Part shown: positions 39,041 to 47,364 of the stretch, piece by piece
Layout: each line of letters begins with the position of its first letter
Numbering within the stretch: position 1 is the first letter of the stretch
Source of the DNA: Candidatus Daviesbacteria bacterium GW2011_GWA1_41_61
Lineage (GTDB): Bacteria > Patescibacteriota > Microgenomatia > Daviesbacterales > UBA10151
Reading direction: 5' to 3'
NCBI GenBank assembly: GCA_000997385.1
Contig: LCBT01000001.1
Span: forward strand, 243,663 to 307,662
DNA: 64,000 bases
Position numbers and translations under genes: made by a program
Notes under the pieces: model-generated
Database searches by the model: none
The model's input: only the letters and a program-made list of their open reading frames with translations
What the model was told of the DNA's origin: nothing

Positions 39041-39268
39041 TTAGTGTACAACAACTGAGGGCTTATAACCAAGGTTTTTGATAATTTCCAGCATTTTTTC
39101 TAACTCAACCTTCTCTTCATCAAACTCTACCTCAGCTATTTGTTTGGCATAGGAGGTTTTGGAAGATATAACTCCTTCTAAATCTTCCAGATCCATATCA
39201 ATAGACATTGCACAGGAAGTGCAGTGCATACCTTCAATTTTAATTGTTTTCTTAGTGATTTTAGCCAT
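39041..39268 (-). CDS. HMA-domain copper chaperone (CopZ-like)
   Basis: IEGMHCTSC metal-binding motif, LGY; last gene of the copper operon. Confidence 0.88.
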   Translation of the reverse strand: MAKITKKTIKIEGMHCTSCAMSIDMDLEDLEGVISSKTSYAKQIAEVEFDEEKVELEKMLEIIKNLGYKPSVVVH

Positions 39269-39303
39269 TTTAAAAGTTATCAATGTTACCTTACCCCTAC
39301 ACC

Positions 39304-40341
39304 CTAATTAACTACCTCTATCACTCCACTGTACATGCCCATAGAACAGGAAAAGACAATCTTCCCCTCTTTTTGAGGAGTAAACTCCACTGATTTCTTC
39401 TCTCCTGGTAAAACATTTTTTCTAATTCCTAAAGAAGGAATGGTAAAACCAGCAGCACAACTGTAACCTTCATTGTTAATAACATCAAGTTTAACAGGAA
39501 TCCCTGCTTTGACCCTGAAAGAATTAGGGTTATAACCATTTCTTAAAACCTCAGTTGCTATCTCCTGTTTACCGTTAACCAATCTGGCTGCTACCCCACC
39601 CTCATCCTCTTCCCCTCCTAAATTTATCTGAATAGGAACAGCGTCGGCAATAGTTTGAGCAGTGATGAAAGACCCGGCTAAAACCAAAGATCCATTCACT
39701 GAGTTTAGGCCCAGATAAACGAGCAATATTGCAGCCAGTTTTAAAAATTTAGCCCTGAAGGTATCCCCCAAGGCAGTGGTAGCATATCCCAAAAGGAAAA
39801 AGAGGGGAGTGGTACCTAGAGTAAAGACTCCCATGATAGCTGCTCCAGATAAAGGGTTACCGGAGGAGATAGCTAAAGCCTCCATAGCCAAGGTAGTGCC
39901 GCAGGGTATAAAGACAGTCATCGCTCCCAAAAAAGCCGGCGCAAACAGCTCTTTGCTTTTAGACTGGTTTTTAATCCTCTTAAACAAAAATCTGGGAGGT
40001 CGGATAATAACATAACGGAAAATGGGGTGAACATTTAAAAGATTTAAAGCTACTGCTAACATGTAGATTCCCACAACAAACTGCATTAGAACCTGTACTT
40101 TATCGGAAATCTGTAAAGCCTCCCCAAAGACTCCTAAAGCCAAACCTACCAAAATATAAGCAAAAAGCTTGGTGGTTAAAAAAGCGGCTACCGGCCAGGC
40201 AGTATGTTTTTTCTGGCTTCCTTCTTTAATATCCTCACCTTCCCTGGCAGTAATCGTCGAAGCCAAAAGACCGCCCTGAACTGCCATACAGGAGATACCG
40301 CCTACAGTTAAACCAGTTAAAAAAATAACCCACAGATCCAT
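39304..40341 (-). CDS. DsbD_2/TauE-like membrane protein fused to C-terminal cupredoxin-like domain
   Basis: 6 TM with SCMAVQGG and FIPCG; C-terminal GY.P....KAGIPV..SC...FSCSMGMYSG. Confidence 0.8.
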   Translation of the reverse strand: MDLWVIFLTGLTVGGISCMAVQGGLLASTITAREGEDIKEGSQKKHTAWPVAAFLTTKLFAYILVGLALGVFGEALQISDKVQVLMQFVVGIYMLAVALNLLNVHPIFRYVIIRPPRFLFKRIKNQSKSKELFAPAFLGAMTVFIPCGTTLAMEALAISSGNPLSGAAIMGVFTLGTTPLFFLLGYATTALGDTFRAKFLKLAAILLVYLGLNSVNGSLVLAGSFITAQTIADAVPIQINLGGEEDEGGVAARLVNGKQEIATEVLRNGYNPNSFRVKAGIPVKLDVINNEGYSCAAGFTIPSLGIRKNVLPGEKKSVEFTPQKEGKIVFSCSMGMYSGVIEVVN

Positions 40342-40380
40342 AGCACAGTAAATTGTAACATGAAGGGGAAATCCTACAAA

Positions 40381-42609
40381 TTAAATCTTTACCCTCTTGA
40401 GCAGTAAGGAATTAGAAACTACTGAAACTGAGCTTAAAGCCATAGCTGCTGAGGCAAAGATGGGGGAGAGCAGCAGACCAAAGAAAGGATATAAAACCCC
40501 CATGGCTACCGGAATTAAGACAACATTATAACCAAAAGCCCACACTAAATTCAGCTTGATTGTCCTCATGGTCTTCTTAGAAAGAGTTATTGCTGCTGCG
40601 ACAGACCTTAAATCCTTATTAATTAAAGTAATATCTGCTGCTTCAATGGCCACATCTGTCCCTGTACCCATAGCTATCCCCACATCGGCTGCAGCTAAAG
40701 CTGGGGCATCGTTGATCCCGTCCCCCACCATCGCTACCATCTTACCTTCATTTTGTAACTTTCTGACCTCTGCCTCTTTTTGATCAGGCAAAACTTCTGC
40801 CAAAATCCTGTCTATTCCCAATTGTCCACCAATAGCCTTAGCCGTTCTTTGGTTATCTCCGGTAATCATTACCACTTCTATCTTCATTTTTCTTAAAGCC
40901 TCTATTCCCTCTTTGGCGCTCTCCTTTAAAGTATCCATCACCGCGATTAAACCCACTAACTTTCCATCCACAGCGAGGATCATCACTGTCTTCCCTTCTT
41001 CCTCTAGACTCACCAGACCAGGTCTGGCGTGCGTAATATCAATTTTTTCTCTTTCCATCAGTCTCTGGTTTCCTAAAACCACTCTTTTTTTATCAATAAA
41101 TCCTTCCACTCCATGTCCAGGAATAGCTTTAAACTTATCTACCTTTTCTAATTTCACTTTTTCCTCATCAGCCTTGCTTACAATGGCCTCAGCCAAAGAA
41201 TGTTCAGATCCCTTCTCCAAAGACGCCGCTATTTGTAAGATATTCTCCCCCCTTCCCCCTTCCCCCTTCACGCTTACCACGTCAGTAACCACCGGCTTCC
41301 CTACCGTCAGTGTCCCTGTTTTATCAAAGACCACCACTTTTACTTTGTGGGCTGTTTCTAAGCTCTCGGCATCCTTGATTAAAATCCCATGTTCTGCTCC
41401 CTTACCGGTTCCCACCATAATGGCAGTAGGGGTAGCCAGCCCCATGGCACAGGGACAGGCAATAATGAGTACTGCTACAGCATTAAGCAGGGCAAACAAA
41501 AAAGCCGGAACAGGCCCAAAGTCAAACCAAATGACAAAGGTTAAAATAGCTAATATAATAACAATGGGTACAAAGTAAGCTGAGATTAAATCTGCCAGTC
41601 TTTGGATAGGGGCTTTGCTTCCCTGGGCTTCCTGGACTAATTTAATAATTTGAGCCAGCATAGTTTCTGATCCGACCTTGGTAGCTTTATAAGTAAAGGT
41701 TCCGGTTTTATTAATAGTGCTGCCGATCACCGTATCCCCGGAAGTTTTATCCCCCGGAATACTCTCTCCTGTAACCATAGATTCATCAACAGAAGAATCC
41801 CCTTCTAAAATCTCCCCGTCAACGGGAATCTTTTCTCCGGGTCTCACCCTGATCATATCGCCGATCACCACCTGATCAATAGGTAAATCTATCTCCTTAC
41901 CATCCCTTACCACTCTGGCAGTTTTGGCCTGCAGTCCGATCAATTTTTTAATCGCCTCAGAAGTTCCGGCTTTTGCCCTAGCTTCAAAGTAGCGCCCCAA
42001 TAAAATTAGACCGATAACTAAGGCCGAAACATCAAAATAAGGCATGGGGGCAATTCCCACACTTTCAACTATCTGGGGAAAAACAGTGACCAAAACCGAA
42101 TAACCATAGGCTGCCGTAGTGCCTATGGCAATCAAAGTGTCCATATTGGCAGTGCGGTGGCGAAAAGCCGGGATAGTGGCTTTATAAAAAGGCAGACCTG
42201 CCCAAAATTGTACCGGAGTAGCCAAAATCAACTGGACCCAAATATTTTTCAAAAACCCCGGAGCCAGGTTTTCTAACCCGGGGAAACTTCCTAAAATAAT
42301 CAAAGCAGCTAAAGAAAGGCTAAAGACAACTCTTCTTTTTAAATCCGCTAAGTTCTTTTTCTTTTCAGCTTCTTCGGCATCTTCGGAAACTGCCTGCTCT
42401 TTTACATAAGCCTGATAACCGACATTTGCCACAGAGGAAAAGAGTTTTTCATCACTGACTGTTTTGGGGTCAAAAGTCACGGTAGCCGTCTCAGTAGCCA
42501 AATTCACATTAGCCTCACTTACTCCGGGGGTATTTTTTAAGGCATTCTCAATGACCCTCACACAAGAGGCACAATGCATCCCTTTAATTTGAAAAATCTT
42601 TTTTTCCAT
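40381..42609 (-). CDS. copA: Cu(I)-exporting P1B-type ATPase
   Basis: GMHCASC HMA domain, [22 protein letters not shown] and M..SS in TM7/8. Confidence 0.95.
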   Translation of the reverse strand: MEKKIFQIKGMHCASCVRVIENALKNTPGVSEANVNLATETATVTFDPKTVSDEKLFSSVANVGYQAYVKEQAVSEDAEEAEKKKNLADLKRRVVFSLSLAALIILGSFPGLENLAPGFLKNIWVQLILATPVQFWAGLPFYKATIPAFRHRTANMDTLIAIGTTAAYGYSVLVTVFPQIVESVGIAPMPYFDVSALVIGLILLGRYFEARAKAGTSEAIKKLIGLQAKTARVVRDGKEIDLPIDQVVIGDMIRVRPGEKIPVDGEILEGDSSVDESMVTGESIPGDKTSGDTVIGSTINKTGTFTYKATKVGSETMLAQIIKLVQEAQGSKAPIQRLADLISAYFVPIVIILAILTFVIWFDFGPVPAFLFALLNAVAVLIIACPCAMGLATPTAIMVGTGKGAEHGILIKDAESLETAHKVKVVVFDKTGTLTVGKPVVTDVVSVKGEGGRGENILQIAASLEKGSEHSLAEAIVSKADEEKVKLEKVDKFKAIPGHGVEGFIDKKRVVLGNQRLMEREKIDITHARPGLVSLEEEGKTVMILAVDGKLVGLIAVMDTLKESAKEGIEALRKMKIEVVMITGDNQRTAKAIGGQLGIDRILAEVLPDQKEAEVRKLQNEGKMVAMVGDGINDAPALAAADVGIAMGTGTDVAIEAADITLINKDLRSVAAAITLSKKTMRTIKLNLVWAFGYNVVLIPVAMGVLYPFFGLLLSPIFASAAMALSSVSVVSNSLLLKRVKI

Positions 42610-42610
42610 G

Positions 42611-42973
42611 TCACCTAACCACTATCTTTCCGTGATACATTCCCATGCCACAGGAATAGGGAAACTCCCCTCTTCTTTGAGGAGTTACCTCCACAGTTAC
42701 CTTTTGATTCAAAGGCAGCTCTTTTCTGATTTTAAAATCCCCTAAAACTACCTCTGACAAACAATCAGTTGGATCAGTCCTGAAAAAATTTATTTTGGTA
42801 GTTTTACCCTGAGGAATAGAGATTACCTCCGGTGAATAACCGCCGTTTACCGTAATATCTACAGAATCAGACACTGCCACCTCCCTACCCCGTTTCATCA
42901 AAAAAAACCAATAGGTTAGTACTATGGCTAAAGCCCCAAAGGCTGTAACTATAACTTTGTCTAAATTTTCCAT
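42611..42973 (-). CDS. Membrane-anchored cupredoxin-like copper chaperone (CupA-like)
   Basis: N-terminal TM; [16 protein letters not shown]; directly upstream of copA. Confidence 0.82.
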   Translation of the reverse strand: MENLDKVIVTAFGALAIVLTYWFFLMKRGREVAVSDSVDITVNGGYSPEVISIPQGKTTKINFFRTDPTDCLSEVVLGDFKIRKELPLNQKVTVEVTPQRRGEFPYSCGMGMYHGKIVVR

Positions 42974-42979
42974 TTGTCC

Positions 42980-43132
42980 TTACTTTTTCTGGATCTGCTT
43001 CCAGAGCCAAATTCCTAAAAGAATCAGGTCAATCAACAAAACCAACCAAAAAATTAAGCCTAACCCGAATAAGGCTCCTCCTCCACCCCAGCCCATCATC
43101 CCTCCGTTACCATATCCCCATGGCCCCATCAT
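42980..43132 (-). CDS. 50-aa Met/Gly-rich single-TM small protein (not in ORF track)
   Basis: AGGAGGTGA RBS; MMGPWGYGNGGMMGWGGGGALFGLGLIFWLVLLIDLILLGIWLWKQIQKK*; fills the operon gap. Confidence 0.8.
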   Translation of the reverse strand: MMGPWGYGNGGMMGWGGGGALFGLGLIFWLVLLIDLILLGIWLWKQIQKK

Positions 43133-43156
43133 ATCTCTCACCTCCTATACTAAATC

Positions 43157-43990
43157 TTACACCTTTTTGGACAACCAATAAATAAACCCGATCACACCTA
43201 AAGCAAAAACTACATTTAAAGTAAGATTACCTCCCACATAACCGTTAACGAAACTGCCGGTGTTTTGAATCATCTTGGTAAAACCTTCTACACTGCTCAT
43301 CTTCAGTCTGCCGCTTAAAGTCAGCGCTAAAATAAGCCAACCGGTGACAAAAAAGATGAAAGAAGCGATCAAGTTACTGGTCAAGATGTGAAACTGTTTA
43401 CCTAAAATATTTATGGTAGCTAAATTTTTCCGCAGTAATGCCACTGCCGGCATTTTCCCTGCTAAAAAGATGGAGATTAAAAGTAAGGGGGTAACCATCC
43501 CCAAAACATACATTGACCCAATAGTTAAAGCTCCAAAGTAGTTAGGTGACAAAAATGTCAGAGTTAAAATCCCAATTAACACCGGGGCACAGCAAGCACT
43601 GGTTATCCCGGAGACAACTCCTAAAGTAAAGATTGATAAAACATCAGTTTTCTGAGGGTTAGTGCCGGGAAGCTTGGGCATAGGCAGTTTAATTCCTAAA
43701 AGGGTTACAACTGCCGCAGACAGCATTACCAAAGCTCCAACTATATAAATGGGGTCATGATATTTAAATAAAGCCTGAGACAAAGCGGAGATACCTAAAA
43801 CTGCCGGCAGTAAAACAATAAAAATCCCCGCCCCAAAGACTAAGGTCATCAAAAGCACCTTTTCTTTTTCTTTAAAAACATTAGCCAAATACGCCGGGAG
43901 TAAAAAAGTGATGCAGCAGGGAGCAAACAGGGCCACCATACCGGCCACAAAAGCCGCTATGAGTGATGTTTGAAATAAAATAGGTTCCAT
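43157..43990 (-). CDS. CcdA/DsbD-type transmembrane disulfide reductase-like protein
   Basis: AF.AG...FAPCC..LLPAYL, SACCAPVL, Y.LGM..PL; multiple TM helices. Confidence 0.8.
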   Translation of the reverse strand: MEPILFQTSLIAAFVAGMVALFAPCCITFLLPAYLANVFKEKEKVLLMTLVFGAGIFIVLLPAVLGISALSQALFKYHDPIYIVGALVMLSAAVVTLLGIKLPMPKLPGTNPQKTDVLSIFTLGVVSGITSACCAPVLIGILTLTFLSPNYFGALTIGSMYVLGMVTPLLLISIFLAGKMPAVALLRKNLATINILGKQFHILTSNLIASFIFFVTGWLILALTLSGRLKMSSVEGFTKMIQNTGSFVNGYVGGNLTLNVVFALGVIGFIYWLSKKV

Positions 43991-44938
43991 TTATGCGCCA
44001 CAGCCGCCTCCTTGGCTTTGTATACCGGGTACTCCTTGAACTGCTTGTTTAATTCTTTGTGCTCCCTGGGCTGAGGCATAATCAACTGACAGCGCAAGTT
44101 TTGGATCCACCTCTTTCCATTTAGTGCCTTGTTTTGCAAAATAGACTGCCATCTCCACGTAATTTTGGGGAAACCAGAAAGAGTTAAAAGCCAAAAGATC
44201 TTTATAAATTTGCCCCTCAGACAAACCATTGTACACTGCCCACTCGATATAACCTAAAGCAGCCATGCCGTGGTTGCAATCGGGAAAAGCCGTACTGTTA
44301 CCACAGCAGGATCTAAAAACTCCTTCGGCAATCTTTTTTACCAAATCCTGTTGCTGGGCAGTTAAGAGAATGATCTCTTGGGAGGAATAAAGCTCCATCG
44401 CTCCTTTACTGCCTAAAGTCCACCCGCCGGTGGAGGCAAAATTGCCCGCCTCAGCCCTGCCTCTTTGCATCATCGGGCCTTCATCTAAAACCTTGCTTTT
44501 TTGCACTAACCCCAAAGCCCACAAGGTATTGACCATAAAGCGGGAGTTGCTTTCATTGATCGCCATATAATCATCTGACTCCCCTTCCAGGTGTTTCATC
44601 TCCTCCTTCCCGTTTCCTTCAGAAGTGAAAATAGCCTCATATTTTTGTTTATCAATGGCCCCAGCTTCCACCAGCTGTTTACCTAAACTTTTCCACTTTA
44701 GAGGCGTGATATACCCTTTCGCCGACAAGACTTCCTGTTTTAAAATGTTTACTAACTCTTCCGGACTTTTGGTGGTTTGAGCCAGCTTGGATAAATTTTT
44801 ATTAAACTCCTTTTTCATCAGGTAATATTCACCCAAAGCAAAAGCCATGGAAGAATTTAAGGTAATTAACACCACCATCCAAAGCGGTGTGGATTTGGTC
44901 AAGAATTTAGTCAATTTACTTTTCTTTTTTCCCATCAT
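43991..44938 (-). CDS. Membrane-anchored Cys/His-motif hypothetical protein in the copper operon
   Basis: N-terminal TM; SCCGNSTAFPDCNHGMA; C-terminal GGGCGA. Confidence 0.75.
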   Translation of the reverse strand: MMGKKKSKLTKFLTKSTPLWMVVLITLNSSMAFALGEYYLMKKEFNKNLSKLAQTTKSPEELVNILKQEVLSAKGYITPLKWKSLGKQLVEAGAIDKQKYEAIFTSEGNGKEEMKHLEGESDDYMAINESNSRFMVNTLWALGLVQKSKVLDEGPMMQRGRAEAGNFASTGGWTLGSKGAMELYSSQEIILLTAQQQDLVKKIAEGVFRSCCGNSTAFPDCNHGMAALGYIEWAVYNGLSEGQIYKDLLAFNSFWFPQNYVEMAVYFAKQGTKWKEVDPKLALSVDYASAQGAQRIKQAVQGVPGIQSQGGGCGA

Positions 44939-44946
44939 ATTATTCC

Positions 44947-45444
44947 CTATTCTTTCACCACCGTTCCGGCAACGGAAAAGTCTAAAGTTTTATTATTAGG
45001 GTCGTTAGTCTCTACAGAAACAAAGCGGTTAATTGGCCCTACCCCTTGTGGTCCATGGTAAGCCGGGTCAAAAATTACATCCAGCTGAGCTTCCCTACCC
45101 GGGACCACTTCACCTATCCAAGAAGAAACGGTGCTCATACCAAAGAAAGGACTGCTTTGCCCGTCAATTTTTACCTGGGCCTGGGTACAATGGCAGGAAG
45201 TTCTAATGTTGATCAGTTTTAAAGTATCTGTTCCGGAGTTTTTAATGGTAAAGGTTTTGGTAACATTTCCTTTATACATAGGAATATTTCCCCAATCAAA
45301 GGTTTTTTCAGCTGCTTCCGCTTTAACATTTTGGGATATTTCCACCTGGCCGGCAGTGGATGATTTGGTCAAAAGAAATATTCCTCCCGCTAAAACCAAA
45401 GCAGTTACCACAACAAAACCGATAATAACTTTTTTCTCAGACAT
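44947..45444 (-). CDS. DUF1573-like Ig-fold protein with SCxCT motif
   Basis: N-terminal TM; FDWG.I, F.IKNSG...L....TSCHCT, ETNDP. Confidence 0.8.
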   Translation of the reverse strand: MSEKKVIIGFVVVTALVLAGGIFLLTKSSTAGQVEISQNVKAEAAEKTFDWGNIPMYKGNVTKTFTIKNSGTDTLKLINIRTSCHCTQAQVKIDGQSSPFFGMSTVSSWIGEVVPGREAQLDVIFDPAYHGPQGVGPINRFVSVETNDPNNKTLDFSVAGTVVKE

Positions 45445-45447
45445 AAA

Positions 45448-45717
45448 TCAGTTTCCGTTTTTAAGAACTTTCATAATCTCTTCAATAGAATGATCAACTT
45501 TTCCGGCCTTGATATGATCCACTACACAGGTCTTTAAGTGGTTTTCTAAAGTTAAAGAGTCAACTTCTTTTAAGGCACTTTGAACTGCTTTAGATTGGGT
45601 AATGACATCAATACAATACTCCCCCTCCTCCACCATCTTAATAACCTTTCTAAGATGTCCCTGGGCAATTTTTAACCTGTGAAGTATTCTTTCTTGAGTA
45701 TCTTTAGGTCTAAACAC
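45448..45717 (-). CDS. csoR: CsoR-family metal-sensing repressor
   Basis: RLKIAQGHLRKV..M.E...YCIDVITQ..AV..AL...LENHLKTCV (C-H-C ligands); GTG start 45717. Confidence 0.9.
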   Translation of the reverse strand: MFRPKDTQERILHRLKIAQGHLRKVIKMVEEGEYCIDVITQSKAVQSALKEVDSLTLENHLKTCVVDHIKAGKVDHSIEEIMKVLKNGN

Positions 45718-45721
45718 GATA

Positions 45722-45767
45722 ATCCCCCTATAGGGGATATAATAAAACAAAAAAATTCTTCTGTCTA
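45722..45767 (-). promoter_or_regulatory. Copper-operon promoter with CsoR operator
   Basis: Palindrome ATCCCC-CTATA-GGGGAT (45722-45738, C-tract/G-tract as in CsoR boxes) just downstream of minus-strand TAGACA-17 bp-TATTAT. Confidence 0.75.
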
Positions 45768-45791
45768 GTAGGGGAAAACATCTTTGGGGTT

Positions 45792-46448
45792 TTAAACACT
45801 GGAAGGTGAATCAACTACTTCAGCCACTTCTTCCATCATATCCTCAAAAACCATCCGGTAATAAACCTTCCGGGTCAGTTCAACATCTTTGAGGCAATAT
45901 TTGCAAATTTCCTTTAATTTTCCCTGTTGATAATAGGGCCAAACCATCGAGCCATCCATTTCATCCTTAGATGTTGGTAATCCTAAAACTTTAGCCAAAG
46001 TATCCAGTTTTTGGGCCCCATTTGACCACAATTCCCAAACTTTCATGGTGTCAAAAATAGGCTGGTTTCTATATCTGGCAAAGGTAATATCTAAACGGGG
46101 TTTGACTCCTAAAATAATTGATCTTTTATATATAAAAGGGAAATCAAATTCCCAGATGTTATGACCCACAAATAACTCCACATCTTGGACAATTTCCCAA
46201 AACTTCTGTAAGATTTCTTTTTCCTCACCACATAAAACGTCTTTAGTAACTTTTCCATTTTCCTTAATATAACCAATACAGCAGATCCGTCCAAAAGTTC
46301 CTTCAAAGGAAGTGCTAAGATACAACGCATCATCAGATACCGGTACAACCTCCTTCTTCCGGCTTTTCTTTTTCAAAATAGGCAAATACTCCTGCCTTTT
46401 ACAGTCATCACAAGGCAGAGTTTCAATATCAAAAAACAGTTTAATCAT
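45792..46448 (-). CDS. PolB-like/RNase H-fold 3'-5' exonuclease (DEDDy)
   Basis: FFDIET (Exo I), GHNIWEFDFPF (Exo II), YCLKDV (Exo III). Confidence 0.85.
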   Translation of the reverse strand: MIKLFFDIETLPCDDCKRQEYLPILKKKSRKKEVVPVSDDALYLSTSFEGTFGRICCIGYIKENGKVTKDVLCGEEKEILQKFWEIVQDVELFVGHNIWEFDFPFIYKRSIILGVKPRLDITFARYRNQPIFDTMKVWELWSNGAQKLDTLAKVLGLPTSKDEMDGSMVWPYYQQGKLKEICKYCLKDVELTRKVYYRMVFEDMMEEVAEVVDSPSSV

Positions 46449-46543
46449 AGTTTTAATAAGATAGTGTTATCTAGATTAAACCCAATATTCCCCAAAGTCA
46501 AGATAAAAAATATGAGTATAACTCTCAAAAAATTCCTCCAAGA

Positions 46544-47047
46544 CTAATCTTCCGTAAACTCTGGGGGTAGTATTACTCCTGCTCCTTCTTTAGCCACTCT
46601 CTCTATTACCTCTTCCGGAGTTATCCTTATCCTTTGAGAATATGTCACTACCGCCCGGGATATATTTAATGCCTGAGGAGTTCTCTGAAACCTCATTGCC
46701 AGCGGTAAATCTACTAAATCAACACCGCCTTCTATCATAGATTGGGTAGTTGCTAACCATTCACCAATAGATCGTCGAATCTCTGATGCTTTATCGGAAC
46801 GCTCTATAGCTGCAGCAAAACTTCCGGCAATCTTCTCACCATCTTTTTCCACTATCTCTTCAATACATGATATACAGGCAGTTGTTTCATCTTCAAAACC
46901 TAAATGAGGCCTCTGGTGTTTTTGGCAATACATCCCACTTTCAATAGAACAACTTTCGCAAGCTAAAGTATCCAGTCTTCCATCAGACTGTCTTTTAGGA
47001 AGTAAAATTATTAAATCAGGATCACTGCCACATATTTCACAATTCAT
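46544..47047 (-). CDS. Hypothetical protein with N-terminal Cys/His zinc-finger-like region
   Basis: CEIC, CESC, CQKH..PH, CISC; start taken at ATG 47047. Confidence 0.65.
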   Translation of the reverse strand: MNCEICGSDPDLIILLPKRQSDGRLDTLACESCSIESGMYCQKHQRPHLGFEDETTACISCIEEIVEKDGEKIAGSFAAAIERSDKASEIRRSIGEWLATTQSMIEGGVDLVDLPLAMRFQRTPQALNISRAVVTYSQRIRITPEEVIERVAKEGAGVILPPEFTED

Positions 47048-47121
47048 GCCCCAAATTTTACTACTAAAGCTAGGTAAATACAAAAATCCAAAACAGAATC
47101 AAAAAGTTTTCTAGATTGTAA

Positions 47122-47364
47122 TCAAAGTTTTCCTTGAAATGCTTGATGTAAAACTGACTGCTGCAAAGCTTCTAATTCTTGTAATTGTTCTCGCTGAAGT
47201 TTTTTCGCTTCTCCAATTTTTTCTGAACTGTGGCCTGCAGAAGTAATCAGCAAATCTCCAATTTGAACCCTTTTTAAACCTTTTAACGAATCTTGTTTGA
47301 CAAAACCCTTATCACTCTTACCCCAATTAATGCCATTTTTCAAATGCATTTTTTGTTTGTTCAT
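47122..47364 (-). pseudogene. Truncated type I R-M specificity subunit (HsdS)-like remnant
   Basis: GDLLIT (TRD-like) joined to the conserved HsdS C-terminal helix ELEALQQSVLHQAFQGKL; ATGA-coupled to res. Confidence 0.6.

Noticed and set aside
40913-41578. 221-aa plus-strand ORF
   Set aside because: Antisense shadow of copA.
42924-43181. 85-aa plus-strand ORF
   Set aside because: Antisense to the copper operon; the minus-strand 50-aa ORF with a perfect RBS fits the gap.
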